This document shows positions 45,732-54,599 of a DNA stretch of 64,000 nucleotides, piece after piece. A program made the position numbers and the translations under genes. This DNA is from a virus. Its lineage: Duplodnaviria; Caudoviricetes. Every line of letters starts with the position of its first letter. The first letter of the stretch is position 1. The stretch spans positions 4,568-68,567 of the IMG/VR virus record IMGVR_UViG_3300044253_000005; one strand, written 5' to 3'. Below the pieces are notes generated by a model. That model saw only the letters and a program-made list of their open reading frames with translations, made no database searches and was not told where the DNA came from.

Positions 45732-46280
45732 CTATCCTCGCGACCGGCGTGCGCGGGCGGCAACCGTGAGGCGCGCGCCGCGATATACCTTGGTGTCGAG
45801 GTCGATCAGCATGGGCCGAAGCTCGGAGATCGTAGAGGTCGCGACGGCCCCTCCAAACGTGGGCTCGACGCGCAGCGCGGTGCGCACGTTCGAGGCCAGC
45901 TTCATGAGCTGGCGGTAGCCCGGCAGCTCGAAGAAGTCGCCCGCCACGACGGTCGACTGCTCGGGCGTGGCTTTGTCGTAGACGTGCTCATCGGCAACGA
46001 TCAGGATCGGCACGGTGAATTCGTCGAGATCCGTTCCGTGACGGCCGCCGGTCGAGCCGCCGCGGCCCATCGGCACGATCTTGTCGTCGAAGGGCGAAAT
46101 GAATGCGACCGGCAGGCCGGGCATCGGGCCCATGCCCACGTCGCCGAGAATCCAGTAGAGCACCGTCGTATCCGGCTGCTGGCCGGGAAAGACTGGCGCC
46201 GAGGAGAGGTAGCCCGCGAGCGTGTCGAGGAAGCACTCGAACGTGCCCGGCGTGCCGATGACCTCGATCGTTTCGCTCAT
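45732..46280 (-). CDS. Probable tail terminator
   Basis: Position immediately upstream of the major tail gene; size and beta-rich C-terminus. Confidence 0.55.
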   Translation of the reverse strand: MSETIEVIGTPGTFECFLDTLAGYLSSAPVFPGQQPDTTVLYWILGDVGMGPMPGLPVAFISPFDDKIVPMGRGGSTGGRHGTDLDEFTVPILIVADEHVYDKATPEQSTVVAGDFFELPGYRQLMKLASNVRTALRVEPTFGGAVATSTISELRPMLIDLDTKVYRGARLTVAARARRSRG

Positions 46281-46825
46281 GGCAGCGGCGGCGTCTCCGC
46301 ACCAACCCACGGCCCGCCGGCGCCGCCGAGCGCGCGCGGTTCGACGGGCGCGCGCACCCAGTTGCGGACGATCCGCGACACGCCGTTCGCGAGCTCGTAG
46401 GTGCGCGGGTAGATCGGCCGCGGCGGGATCGAGCCGCCCTCCTCCAGGTTCCCCTCGCTGAGGATCACCGGGATCTGGCGACCGTTCTCCGACCAGTCGA
46501 TGCCGATTGCGCCCCACGTCGGCTCGATCACGGTGACACTGTAGGGCCCGTGGCTGCTCGTGGCGGACTCGAACAGGTCACCGAATTCGTAGAGCTGGCG
46601 CTGAGGATCGGGCGCGCCGGAGCTCGTCTTGCGGGCGACCGTCGACTCCTTCAAGGGCGGCCATTCGCCCAGGCCGCGTGCCTCGAAGCGCTTGCGCGTC
46701 TCCTCGCGCACGTAGGCGAGCCCGGCGGCGATCGGCTCGCGGAAGTCGGTGAGCTGGGAGGCGATCAGCTCGACGCGCCTGGCCGGGCCATCCATCTTCG
46801 CCGACTTCATCTGCACGCGGATCAC
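46277..46825 (-). CDS. Virion morphogenesis/neck protein (Mu gpG/HK97 gp10-like)
   Basis: RKRFEARG..EWPPLKESTVARK...L...GDL..S..IPPRP motif. Confidence 0.75.
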   Translation of the reverse strand: MIRVQMKSAKMDGPARRVELIASQLTDFREPIAAGLAYVREETRKRFEARGLGEWPPLKESTVARKTSSGAPDPQRQLYEFGDLFESATSSHGPYSVTVIEPTWGAIGIDWSENGRQIPVILSEGNLEEGGSIPPRPIYPRTYELANGVSRIVRNWVRAPVEPRALGGAGGPWVGAETPPLP

Positions 46826-47142
46826 GTCGGCACCCACCTGCCGGCGCGCACGTAGCCGTGCAGGCCGCAGTCCGGGTCGAAGATGCTCGGCGCGAGCGTC
46901 AGCGGCCGCCAAGACTCGACGGCCCACTTCGGACGCTCGTTGCGCTGATTCGCCGGCACCGCGAACTGAACGCCGCCCTGGCAGATCGCGCCGTCGGCGT
47001 GCCGGTGGGCGATGATGATGCCAGCGCGTTCACTCTCTTTGGTCTCGGGGTTGAGCGCGATAAAGAAGCGCATCGTGACGCCGTGACCGATCCGCTTGCC
47101 GCGCAGCTTCTCCCGCTTCTCGCGTACAGCCGTGGCGCTCAC
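46822..47142 (-). CDS. DUF6527-like small protein
   Basis: W...W.PLTLAPSI....CGLHGYVRAGRW; GTGA overlaps at both ends. Confidence 0.55.
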   Translation of the reverse strand: MSATAVREKREKLRGKRIGHGVTMRFFIALNPETKESERAGIIIAHRHADGAICQGGVQFAVPANQRNERPKWAVESWRPLTLAPSIFDPDCGLHGYVRAGRWVPT

Positions 47143-47474
47143 TCTCGCTCCTCGCAGTAGGCGGCGATGTGGTGCAACCCGAAGCTCGGGAAGCGGCGCA
47201 CGCCCTTGACGATGTAGCGCAGTGGCGCGCGTCCGCCGGCGCTCGTGATGCGCCCGCCCAGCCGGATCACGTCTTCCTTGCGCAGCCCCAGAAACCAGCC
47301 CGGCAGGAAGATGACGTGCGTCGATTCGAGCGCGAAGCTGACGGTATGGTCGATCGCGGAAATCGGCTCCAGGTGACAGGGCGTGTTGCGTCGCCACGCC
47401 TGCTCGTTCTTCCGGCCGGGGTGCGATTTGTCCTCCAGCACTCGATAGATGTCGGCTCTCTCGCTGAGCAGCAC
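47139..47474 (-). CDS. Head closure / head-tail joining protein
   Basis: 111 aa, beta-rich with THVIFL..LRKEDVI..YIVKGV..HH..AYC; neck position. Confidence 0.7.
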   Translation of the reverse strand: MLLSERADIYRVLEDKSHPGRKNEQAWRRNTPCHLEPISAIDHTVSFALESTHVIFLPGWFLGLRKEDVIRLGGRITSAGGRAPLRYIVKGVRRFPSFGLHHIAAYCEERE

Positions 47475-47480
47475 GGCGGC

Positions 47481-47512
47481 ATCGTAGACCCGCCGCCGGG
47501 CAGGTGTACGAT
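47481..47512. promoter_or_regulatory. Back-to-back divergent leaderless promoters
   Basis: TACGAT on - (47481-86) and on + (47507-12), each followed by exactly 6 nt and a GTG start. Confidence 0.7.
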
Positions 47513-47518
47513 GCCCCC

Positions 47519-47842
47519 GTGGCGAACTCGAAGCGAACGCCGAAACCCAAACTGGTCGCGCCGCAGCCGGTCACGCAGGTCACGCTGCAAACGGCGTTCC
47601 TCACCGACGCGCAGCTTGAGCAGCTCGGACTCGATCCCGAGACCGCTTCGGCCACGCTCGCCGACGCGAGTGCGGTCTACTCCAAGGTCAACGAGACGCC
47701 ATACGTCACGCGCGAGCAGCTCGTGAGCTGGGCGCAGTCGACGTGGGGCGGCGAAGAAGACACCGCGCCGGCGGATCGCCTCAACGCCGCCGTGGCCTTC
47801 CTGGAAGCATCCGGCAAGCTGGCCGCAGTCAACGTCGGCTAG
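47519..47842 (+). CDS. Hypothetical protein on the opposite strand
   Basis: Own leaderless promoter; GC3-rich frame. Confidence 0.6.
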   Translation: MANSKRTPKPKLVAPQPVTQVTLQTAFLTDAQLEQLGLDPETASATLADASAVYSKVNETPYVTREQLVSWAQSTWGGEEDTAPADRLNAAVAFLEASGKLAAVNVG

Positions 47843-48183
47843 CGCGCGAGCGCACGCTCGATCTCCGGCCAGTCGGCTGGGCGCCAGATGTAGACCTTGA
47901 CCTGCGGATCAGCGCGGCCGCTCACGGTGTCGAGCACGTCCAGCCAGAGCTGCTGCTCGGGTTTGACCTTGCCGACGGCGGACTTCAGCTCGGCGAAGAT
48001 CAGCTCGCCCTGGCGCACGAGCACGAGATCCGGGAAGCCCTCGGCGCTGTGGCGTGAGTCGAAGGTGTGATAGACGAGCCAGCCGAGCGCGCGCGCCAGT
48101 TCGATGATCGCCTGCTGGAGCTGCGCCTCGGTCTCGGGCATGGCGATCGCCGGCGCCCCGCTTCCTATTTTGCGACCTCGCAT
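47839..48183 (-). CDS. VRR-NUC (PD-(D/E)xK) nuclease; start may be the ATG at 48141
   Basis: E..LQ..II..A...GW..YH..DSR.S..GFPDLVLVR...IFAELK...GK....Q..W. Confidence 0.88.
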   Translation of the reverse strand: MRGRKIGSGAPAIAMPETEAQLQQAIIELARALGWLVYHTFDSRHSAEGFPDLVLVRQGELIFAELKSAVGKVKPEQQLWLDVLDTVSGRADPQVKVYIWRPADWPEIERALAR

Positions 48184-48215
48184 GAGGCGACAAAACAGGA
48201 AGCAGGGCTCAGCGC

Positions 48216-48512
48216 TCAGCTTTCCTCGCTGCCGCTTTCCGGCTTGACGAGGTCGCGCAGCTCGGTCGACGGGTGGAACAGCACGCGCGTGTGCGCCGGG
48301 ATCGTGATCGGCTCGTGCGTGTTCGGGTCGGTGCCCTCGTGCTCGCCCTCCAGGCGCGTCACGAAGCGCCCGAACGGACGCAGCTCGACTACCTCCGACT
48401 CCGCGAGCGCCGTCGACATCGCGTCGATCACGCGATCGACGATGTCCTCGACGGACGCCTGCGTTGCGCCAGCGTCGTTGGCTACCTGCTCGACCAGTTC
48501 TGCCTTCGTCAT
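48216..48512 (-). CDS. hup: HU/IHF-family protein, atypically acidic
   Basis: MTKAELVEQVA...VELRPFGRF...G.DPNT.E.I.IPA...V.F.PS.ELRD.V; ATGA overlap with the upstream GT. Confidence 0.85.
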   Translation of the reverse strand: MTKAELVEQVANDAGATQASVEDIVDRVIDAMSTALAESEVVELRPFGRFVTRLEGEHEGTDPNTHEPITIPAHTRVLFHPSTELRDLVKPESGSEES

Positions 48513-49270
48513 GTGTCTCCCTTCATCGTGGGTTGGCCGCTCAGCATACGCTCCGGCAGCGGTCGAACGGTGCCCGGTCCGAGGATGCTCTCCAGGTGGC
48601 GCAGGTTGTGAAAGCGGCCGCCGTCGTGGGCCATGTAGCGCTCGTATTTCTCGTAACGATCGCTCGGGCGAGCGTAGCCCCAGTGCTTGACCAGCAGGCC
48701 GGTGTTGATCCGCGGGCGCGCGCTCGACGGGATCGCCGCACACGCCATGCGACGCTCCTCCACACGCGCGCCCTGGTCGTGCTTGTAGACCCGGTACTGC
48801 TGCGCCGGCGCCCACGCGCCGTCGCAGCGGTAGACCGAGCCGTCTGGTGCCCACAGATGGAAGAACGTCGCGCCGAAGGCCTCGGCCTGCGGGAGAGCCG
48901 CGAGTGCCGTCAGCGCGTCCCGGACGGTGCCCTGCTCGACCAGCAGCTCCTCGTCGGCGTCGAGCACGACCACCAGGTCGCCGGCGTCGAGCGTCTCGTC
49001 GAGCTGGCGCAGCAGCGTGTTGCGCACGTAGGACTCGTCGGCGGTGAAGCGCGGCGCCGAGCCGTTCGACCACCAGGCCGTGACCGCGTCGCCTTCGGCT
49101 TCGTTGACGCCCATCTTCAGCTCGGCCAGGAGCAGGGCCTCGGTCTTCTCGTCGACGTGATCGGCGACGACGACCAGGCGGTCGGCCCAGCGGCTCGCGG
49201 AGTCGAGCACGCGCCTCAGGTGACGATCCGCCTCGCCGGGCCCGACGATCATCGCGCAGGCGATCGTCAC
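48509..49270 (-). CDS. Glycosyltransferase family 2-like
   Basis: MIV..E...LRRVLDS...AD.LVV.D; VLDADE; KHWGY. Confidence 0.85.
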   Translation of the reverse strand: MTIACAMIVGPGEADRHLRRVLDSASRWADRLVVVADHVDEKTEALLLAELKMGVNEAEGDAVTAWWSNGSAPRFTADESYVRNTLLRQLDETLDAGDLVVVLDADEELLVEQGTVRDALTALAALPQAEAFGATFFHLWAPDGSVYRCDGAWAPAQQYRVYKHDQGARVEERRMACAAIPSSARPRINTGLLVKHWGYARPSDRYEKYERYMAHDGGRFHNLRHLESILGPGTVRPLPERMLSGQPTMKGDT

Positions 49271-49896
49271 TGGCCGACTGCTCGCGTCGCCTCGTAGATC
49301 GCGCGGTCGACCTCCATGCGCTGAGCTTCGGTCATGCCGGCGCCGCGGCCCTCCTTCGCCCAGTGGTGGGTGAAGGCGTAGGCCCTGCGCACGACGACCT
49401 CCAGGCCGGAGCGCCGACACTGGTCGGTGAAGTAGTTGTCGGTGTAGTAGTGCGCTTCGAGCACGGGGCCGATGTTGCCTTCCCAGTCGCGCGTGCGGCA
49501 GAAGGGCACGACGCACGTGTTCATCGTGATCTCCCAGTCGGCCAGGCGCCGGTCCCAGTAGCCGCCGCTCGACTCGATCGGCAGGCCGGGATCGTCGGGC
49601 GCGAGCGCGCCCCGCTCGCTGTGGATCTCCGGCGCCGGGATCTGCCCGCGCTCGCACGCCTCAACGGCCGCATGGTCCCAGCCGATGTGCGGCTCCAGGT
49701 CGTCGGCCGTCAAGTGCAGGTACTCGCCCTCGGCAACCATCGCGCCGAGGTTCCATGCCCGGCCACACGTCTCCAGGTCGCGCATGATGAGGACCTCCAG
49801 CGCGAGCTCGGAGCGATCGCGGTAGGCCGCCAGGCAGCGCTCCAGGTGGTGCTCGCGGCCCTTGATCGTCGGGATGACCACGCTGATCTTCGTCAT
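49267..49896 (-). CDS. Glycosyltransferase family 2-like
   Basis: ISVVIPT..R...LERCL; AWNLG...AEGEYL...ADD; YYTDN. Confidence 0.85.
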   Translation of the reverse strand: MTKISVVIPTIKGREHHLERCLAAYRDRSELALEVLIMRDLETCGRAWNLGAMVAEGEYLHLTADDLEPHIGWDHAAVEACERGQIPAPEIHSERGALAPDDPGLPIESSGGYWDRRLADWEITMNTCVVPFCRTRDWEGNIGPVLEAHYYTDNYFTDQCRRSGLEVVVRRAYAFTHHWAKEGRGAGMTEAQRMEVDRAIYEATRAVGQ

Positions 49897-50264
49897 CGCG
49901 AGTCCACCACAGGCGTCCAGTAGACGCAAATGCCCTTCGCTCGCGCGCGCCTGGTGAAGCACGCCGGGCAGACCGTCCCGCCCACGCCGTAGGCAGCGTG
50001 ATCGCCGTACTGCTCCCGCCAGCCGGGCCAGCCCATAACCTCGTTCCACAGCTCGTCGGGCCCACGCCACCAGCTATCGGTGCTCTCGCCAACGCGACGG
50101 CCGCAATCCTGACAGAGCTCGCAGGGGTAGCGCCGGATCAGCCACCAGTAGAGCCCGCGCAGCGCGGCGCGCCGAGTACGCCATGCGCCGCGCGTGCGCC
50201 ACTCGTAGGCGACCACACCGCGCAGCTCGCGCAGGTTGGAGTAGCGCTTCGTGCCCCCGGCCAT
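49893..50264 (-). CDS. Hypothetical Cys/Trp-rich protein
   Basis: ATGA overlaps; CELCQDC..CPAC. Confidence 0.5.
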   Translation of the reverse strand: MAGGTKRYSNLRELRGVVAYEWRTRGAWRTRRAALRGLYWWLIRRYPCELCQDCGRRVGESTDSWWRGPDELWNEVMGWPGWREQYGDHAAYGVGGTVCPACFTRRARAKGICVYWTPVVDSR

Positions 50265-50759
50265 CAGTGGCGCCCTTCGCGGTAGTGCTGTGCGGTCGTG
50301 TCGAGCGAGCGCTGCCAGCGTGCTCGATTGTCTTCGTCGAGCGACATGCCGTCACACACGGCGCGCCTCACGATCAGGTCGACGATCTCCTGCGCCTGCT
50401 CGTCGCCGGGCAGCTCGACCTGGTGGACGAGGTCGAAGGGTTTGAGGTAGCTCGCGCCTTCCCAGTTGCGGATCTGCGGCAGCGGCTTGCCGGGGTCGAG
50501 CGCGAGCACCATGAACTCGTGCGTGGCGCTGGGGAAGCGCAGAACGGGTGCCGGCGTGCCCTCCTGCTCGCGCAGCGAGACGCCGGCGATCGCGTACCAA
50601 CTCCACCACGGGTGGGCGCCTGGCTGATGCACGAGCCAGCCTTTCAGCGAGGTCGGGAAGTCCTCGGCTTCGCGCGGGTGCGATACGCGCCAGGCGCGCC
50701 CGTGCGAGCTCGTCAGCTCGGGCGTCTCGGGCGGGGCGACCTGTGGGGGGGGGGCACAT
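50264..50759 (-). pseudogene. Hypothetical protein put out of frame by a G10 tract (50745-50754)
   Basis: ATG at 50759 lies 2 nt after the upstream stop; removing one G gives a continuous 164-aa GC3-rich ORF. Confidence 0.65.
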
Positions 50760-50761
50760 GG

Positions 50762-51583
50762 CTAGAGCAGGTGGGCGAAGCGATCGCGGTTGGCGAGCAG
50801 ATAGGGCGGCCACTCCTCCTCGGAGGAGGGCACGCACTGACGCCCCGCACGGTCGAACAGGTCGGCGCCCGTGAGCAGGCAGTCCGCGATGTGCGCCGAG
50901 TCGTTGAAGGGTGCCCGGTTGGCCTCGTGGTGAGCGTTTGAGGCGAGCTTGCGCTTCACGGCGTTGACGCCGCCGAGGTAGGCCATGTGCCAGCCGGCGG
51001 GCTCGCCGGCCATGTCGAAGTCGAGCGCTTTCGCGAGTCGGATCGCTTCGAGGTCGCCGCCATAGCTGTGCCAGAGCATGTCAGAGCTGAAGAAGCGCGC
51101 GATGCCCGGCAGCGGGCGGGGCCAGCGCCAGCGCATGGCGCCGACGTGCATCGCTAGGCGCGGCGCGGAGATCACGCCCCCGCGCGCGGCGCGGGCGGCC
51201 GAGTCGAACACGCCGGGGTGCGGGATCTCGTCGAGGTCTGAGAGCAGGATCGTCTCGGTGTTGCACAGCTCGGGCAGCCCGCGCATGAGCGCTTCGCGCT
51301 GGTGTTTCTCCCGTCGCCAGCAGTCCGAGTTGCTGTCTTCCAGGAGCTTCCTCGGTTCGCTCACCTGCGTGCCGCTCGGCATGTCCTCGACGGTGACGAG
51401 CTTGATCTTCTCGTGCCAGGGCTCGAAGCGCCCCCAGTGGCGACGCAGGTGCAGCGGCTTGGGCTCGCCGGTGTGCGTGACGGGCGCCTCGGCGATCACG
51501 TGCAGGTCGACGACAGGGTCAAGTGTCGCGAGGCGGATCTCCAGCACGTCCAGCTCGTCGTTGAAGGGCGTCAGCGCAATCAC
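50762..51583 (-). CDS. GT17-like (beta-1,4-GlcNAc transferase/MGAT3-like) glycosyltransferase
   Basis: FNDELDVLEIRL..L..VVD..VI.E..VTHTG.PKPL; ILLSDLDEIP; GWHMAYLGG. Confidence 0.85.
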   Translation of the reverse strand: MIALTPFNDELDVLEIRLATLDPVVDLHVIAEAPVTHTGEPKPLHLRRHWGRFEPWHEKIKLVTVEDMPSGTQVSEPRKLLEDSNSDCWRREKHQREALMRGLPELCNTETILLSDLDEIPHPGVFDSAARAARGGVISAPRLAMHVGAMRWRWPRPLPGIARFFSSDMLWHSYGGDLEAIRLAKALDFDMAGEPAGWHMAYLGGVNAVKRKLASNAHHEANRAPFNDSAHIADCLLTGADLFDRAGRQCVPSSEEEWPPYLLANRDRFAHLL

Positions 51584-52503
51584 TCGACGGCCTCGCGGGC
51601 CATGTCGGTGAGCGGCTCACCGTCGGGCCCGAACTGCTGCACCCAGTCGAGGACCTGGGGCAGGCCCTCCTCCAGCTCGACCCCAGGTGTCCAGCCGAGG
51701 CCGCGCAGCTTGTCCGTCGAGAGGCGCTTGACGACTGTCTGCGCGAGCGGCGGGTCGACGAGCTCGACGAGCTCCTGATCGGCGCCGGCGAGCGCACAGC
51801 AATCTTCGGCGAGCTGGAGCATCGTGATCGTTGCGTCGTCGCGTCCGACGTTGTAGATCCCGTGCCGGCCGTGGCGCCCCTGTTCGAGCACCAGGCGGAT
51901 GCCGCGCACGGTGTCATCAATCCAGCACCAGGAGCGCTCGGCGCCGCGATGGATCGGGATCGGCTTGCCGTGGGTGGCCTGCCACAGGATGTTGTCGAGC
52001 GCTCGCCGCCCTTCACCGGGAGGCGCGCCGGGCCCGTAGGGCATCGAGAGACGCACGATCTGGAGGCGCTCGGGCGCGTAGAGTTGGAGCGCCTCCTCGC
52101 CCCAGCGCTTCGTGAGGCCGTAGAGGTTGTGGGGCAACGTACCGAGCGCGTCGGACTCACGGCAGATGTGCTCGCCGCGATCGCCGTAGACCTCCGAGCT
52201 TGAGGCGTACAGGACCTGCACGTCGCGCTCGCCGGCGGCCTGCGCGAGCAGCGTGGTCATACGCGCGTTGGCGTCGATCGTGTGCGCGACATCGCGCTCA
52301 CCGAAGACGCGCCCGACCTGCGCGGCCAGGTGGACCACCACGTCGGGCTTGACGCGATCGAGCGCGGTGCCGATCTGGCCGGGCACCGTGAGATCCCAGC
52401 CCTCGGACAGGTCGACGCCGTGCAGCTCATGACCGCCGTTCTTCAGCTCGCGGACCAGGTGACGGCCGATGAAGCCGCGGTGGCCGGTGACTAGGATTCT
52501 CAA
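51580..52503 (-). CDS. NAD-dependent nucleotide-sugar epimerase/dehydratase (extended SDR)
   Basis: ILVTGHRGFIG, HLAA, YASSSEVYG, YGLTK. Confidence 0.92.
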   Translation of the reverse strand: MRILVTGHRGFIGRHLVRELKNGGHELHGVDLSEGWDLTVPGQIGTALDRVKPDVVVHLAAQVGRVFGERDVAHTIDANARMTTLLAQAAGERDVQVLYASSSEVYGDRGEHICRESDALGTLPHNLYGLTKRWGEEALQLYAPERLQIVRLSMPYGPGAPPGEGRRALDNILWQATHGKPIPIHRGAERSWCWIDDTVRGIRLVLEQGRHGRHGIYNVGRDDATITMLQLAEDCCALAGADQELVELVDPPLAQTVVKRLSTDKLRGLGWTPGVELEEGLPQVLDWVQQFGPDGEPLTDMAREAVE

Positions 52504-52513
52504 CTGGTCAGCC

Positions 52514-53452
52514 TCACATTCGGTGGGGTTGGTTTATGTCGCTGCGCAGCTCGTCTGCCCACGCGCGCCGGCCCTCGGCCGCGAGCGCGTTGCGCTCGTC
52601 GCTCGGGGAGGCTGCGACGTGGTGCAGGAAGGTCGCCGAGCCGCTGTAGGCGACTTGCCAGCCGCGCCGGCGCATCCGATGGCAGAGGATCGCGTCCTCG
52701 TAGTAGAGCCGGGGCATGTTGGCGAAGCCGCCGACGGCCTCGTAGGCCTCGCGCCGGATGAACATCACCGAGCCCGAGACCTGCTCGACCTCGGCGAACG
52801 GTTCGGTGAGCTGGGCCACGTCGAGCTGGCCGAATTCACGGCCGCCGCTCGTGTCGCCCTCCTTGTCGATTCCGCCGTGGGTGATGTAGCCGCGACGGTC
52901 GATCTGACGCGGTCCGAGCACGCCGAGCTCGGGGTGGGAGTCGAACAGCGAGAGCAGCCGCTCGACGCCTTGCGAGGGGAACTCCACGTCGGCGTTGCAG
53001 GCGATCAGGATCGGCGTCGTGGCGTGCAGGAGCATCACGTTGAGCGCGGCCGCGTAGCCAATGTTGTGCTCGCCCGTCTCGCTGACGTGGACCGAGTCGA
53101 GCCAGCGCGGCTGCCCAATGCTCTCGCGGCAGCGCTCGGCCAGTTCGGGCGTCTTGTAGCTGACGATCGCCACCGTCACGACCGGCGGCTGCCAGCCGCA
53201 ACGCGAGCAGGGCGTACTCGCTCCAGGCAGCGGGTCGGTGGCCGCCATTGGGACCAGGTGCCCGGCCTCCTCCATCGCGTGCGAGTAGAGCAGCCCGCGC
53301 GCGGTGAGATCGTCGGGGTAGGTCTTCGCGCACATCTTCCACAGCTCGTTCGGCGGCGCAGCCGCGATCGGGTTCTCGCTCAAGCGCGCCGCGCGAGCTC
53401 GCGCGAGCGCGGGATGCAGCTCAGGCGTGAGAGTGTGCGTGTGGCGACTCAC
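52514..53452 (-). CDS. GT2 glycosyltransferase (WbbL/RfbF-like) with N-terminal extension
   Basis: VAIVSY; NIGYAAALN; CNADV; VSGSVMFIRREAYEAVGGF; YYED. Confidence 0.88.
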   Translation of the reverse strand: MSRHTHTLTPELHPALARARAARLSENPIAAAPPNELWKMCAKTYPDDLTARGLLYSHAMEEAGHLVPMAATDPLPGASTPCSRCGWQPPVVTVAIVSYKTPELAERCRESIGQPRWLDSVHVSETGEHNIGYAAALNVMLLHATTPILIACNADVEFPSQGVERLLSLFDSHPELGVLGPRQIDRRGYITHGGIDKEGDTSGGREFGQLDVAQLTEPFAEVEQVSGSVMFIRREAYEAVGGFANMPRLYYEDAILCHRMRRRGWQVAYSGSATFLHHVAASPSDERNALAAEGRRAWADELRSDINQPHRM

Positions 53453-54261
53453 AGCGCGTAGCGGTCCCAGCAGTGGCGCGCGTACAGGTGGGGTATCCAC
53501 CCGGCGGTGAAGCCGGCGAGCTTCAGGTTGATCCCAAAGCCAATGTCCTCACCCGACTGGTGCCAGCGGTAGCGCACCGTCGAGAAGACGCGCCGGGGCA
53601 TCAGGATCGCGCCCATCGGGATGTCGATCTCCTGGATCGCGCCGAGCTCGACGATCTCCGGGTCTGGCTCGGCGCGTTTCCAGGGCCAGTAGCCGAGGTC
53701 CTCCGGGCGCCCCGCCTCGATCGCCTCGCGCGGGTGGTGATCGCGGTTGCCCAGCAGGCCGGCGTTGCAGGTCCAGTCAGCGTTCGGGTGGAAGTGCGTG
53801 AGCGGCGCGACCACGTCCGGGCAGCCGGGCAGCCCCTCGATCATCGCCGGCGCCTCCAGCAGGTACTCGATCGTGCTCGGGTCCTCCAGCATGATGTCGC
53901 TGTCGAGCGAGAGCACGTGCGTGGCGTCGGTCATGATCGTCGCCGCGGCGAGCATCTGGTTGCGCAGGCGCGCGAGCGTGAAGTAGCGCGCCTGGTCGGG
54001 CTCGCGCCGGCCGTTCTCGTCGGGCGGGCAATTGCGGTCGTGGGGCGGCGAGCCCTCGTGGATACGGATCGTCTGGATGCCCGAGTCGTGCGCGCCGTCC
54101 TCGATCGCCTGCCAGGTAGCGTCGAAGCGCTTGCCGCCGTGGATCATGAGGCCCATGTAGGGCTTGCGCGTCTGCTTGGCGAGGTTCTCGAACCAGCTCG
54201 GCAGCGCCCACTCTCTGTTCGCCACAGGACACGCGACAAGGACCTTTATTACGGCACTCAC
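53449..54261 (-). CDS. GT-A fold glycosyltransferase
   Basis: VLVACPV.NR.WALP; LARLRN; HVLSLDSDI; GEDIGF. Confidence 0.75.
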   Translation of the reverse strand: MSAVIKVLVACPVANREWALPSWFENLAKQTRKPYMGLMIHGGKRFDATWQAIEDGAHDSGIQTIRIHEGSPPHDRNCPPDENGRREPDQARYFTLARLRNQMLAAATIMTDATHVLSLDSDIMLEDPSTIEYLLEAPAMIEGLPGCPDVVAPLTHFHPNADWTCNAGLLGNRDHHPREAIEAGRPEDLGYWPWKRAEPDPEIVELGAIQEIDIPMGAILMPRRVFSTVRYRWHQSGEDIGFGINLKLAGFTAGWIPHLYARHCWDRYAL

Positions 54262-54599
54262 GTCGCGGCCCTCTCTCGACGCTTCCCCGTGCGCACGCAG
54301 GTACGACAAGCGCGGCCGACGACACGGCCGTGTCGTCGGATCAGGCGTGTGTTGCGCTCGTCGAAGCGATGGCCGTTCTTACAGTGCGTCTGACCGCGAT
54401 TCCAACGCGGCGGTTCGATGCCGTCGAATGCCTGGTGGTGTGCTTTGCACAGCTCAAACCAGTCGCCGCGGTTGCGCGTATAGGTGTGTCCGATCGAGGC
54501 GTACTCGGTGCGACCGCGCTGGCCGCAGAATTCGCAGCGGCCGACCTTTGGAAAGTGCCGCTGCATCCAACGATGCGCGGTGCTGTAGTTAACGTCCAC
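54258..54599 (-). CDS. HNH-like nuclease with a THCKxGH zinc module
   Basis: Y..AHRW...CEFCG...Y.R...DW.ELC..HH..FD and THCKNGH.F...NT...R.CRTC. Confidence 0.7.
   Translation of the reverse strand: MDVNYSTAHRWMQRHFPKVGRCEFCGQRGRTEYASIGHTYTRNRGDWFELCKAHHQAFDGIEPPRWNRGQTHCKNGHRFDERNTRLIRRHGRVVGRACRTCVRTGKRRERAAT

Noticed and set aside
50352-50837. 161-aa ORF running through the G10 tract
   Set aside because: Arg/Ala-rich junk frame; the GC3-rich coding frame is the neighbouring one
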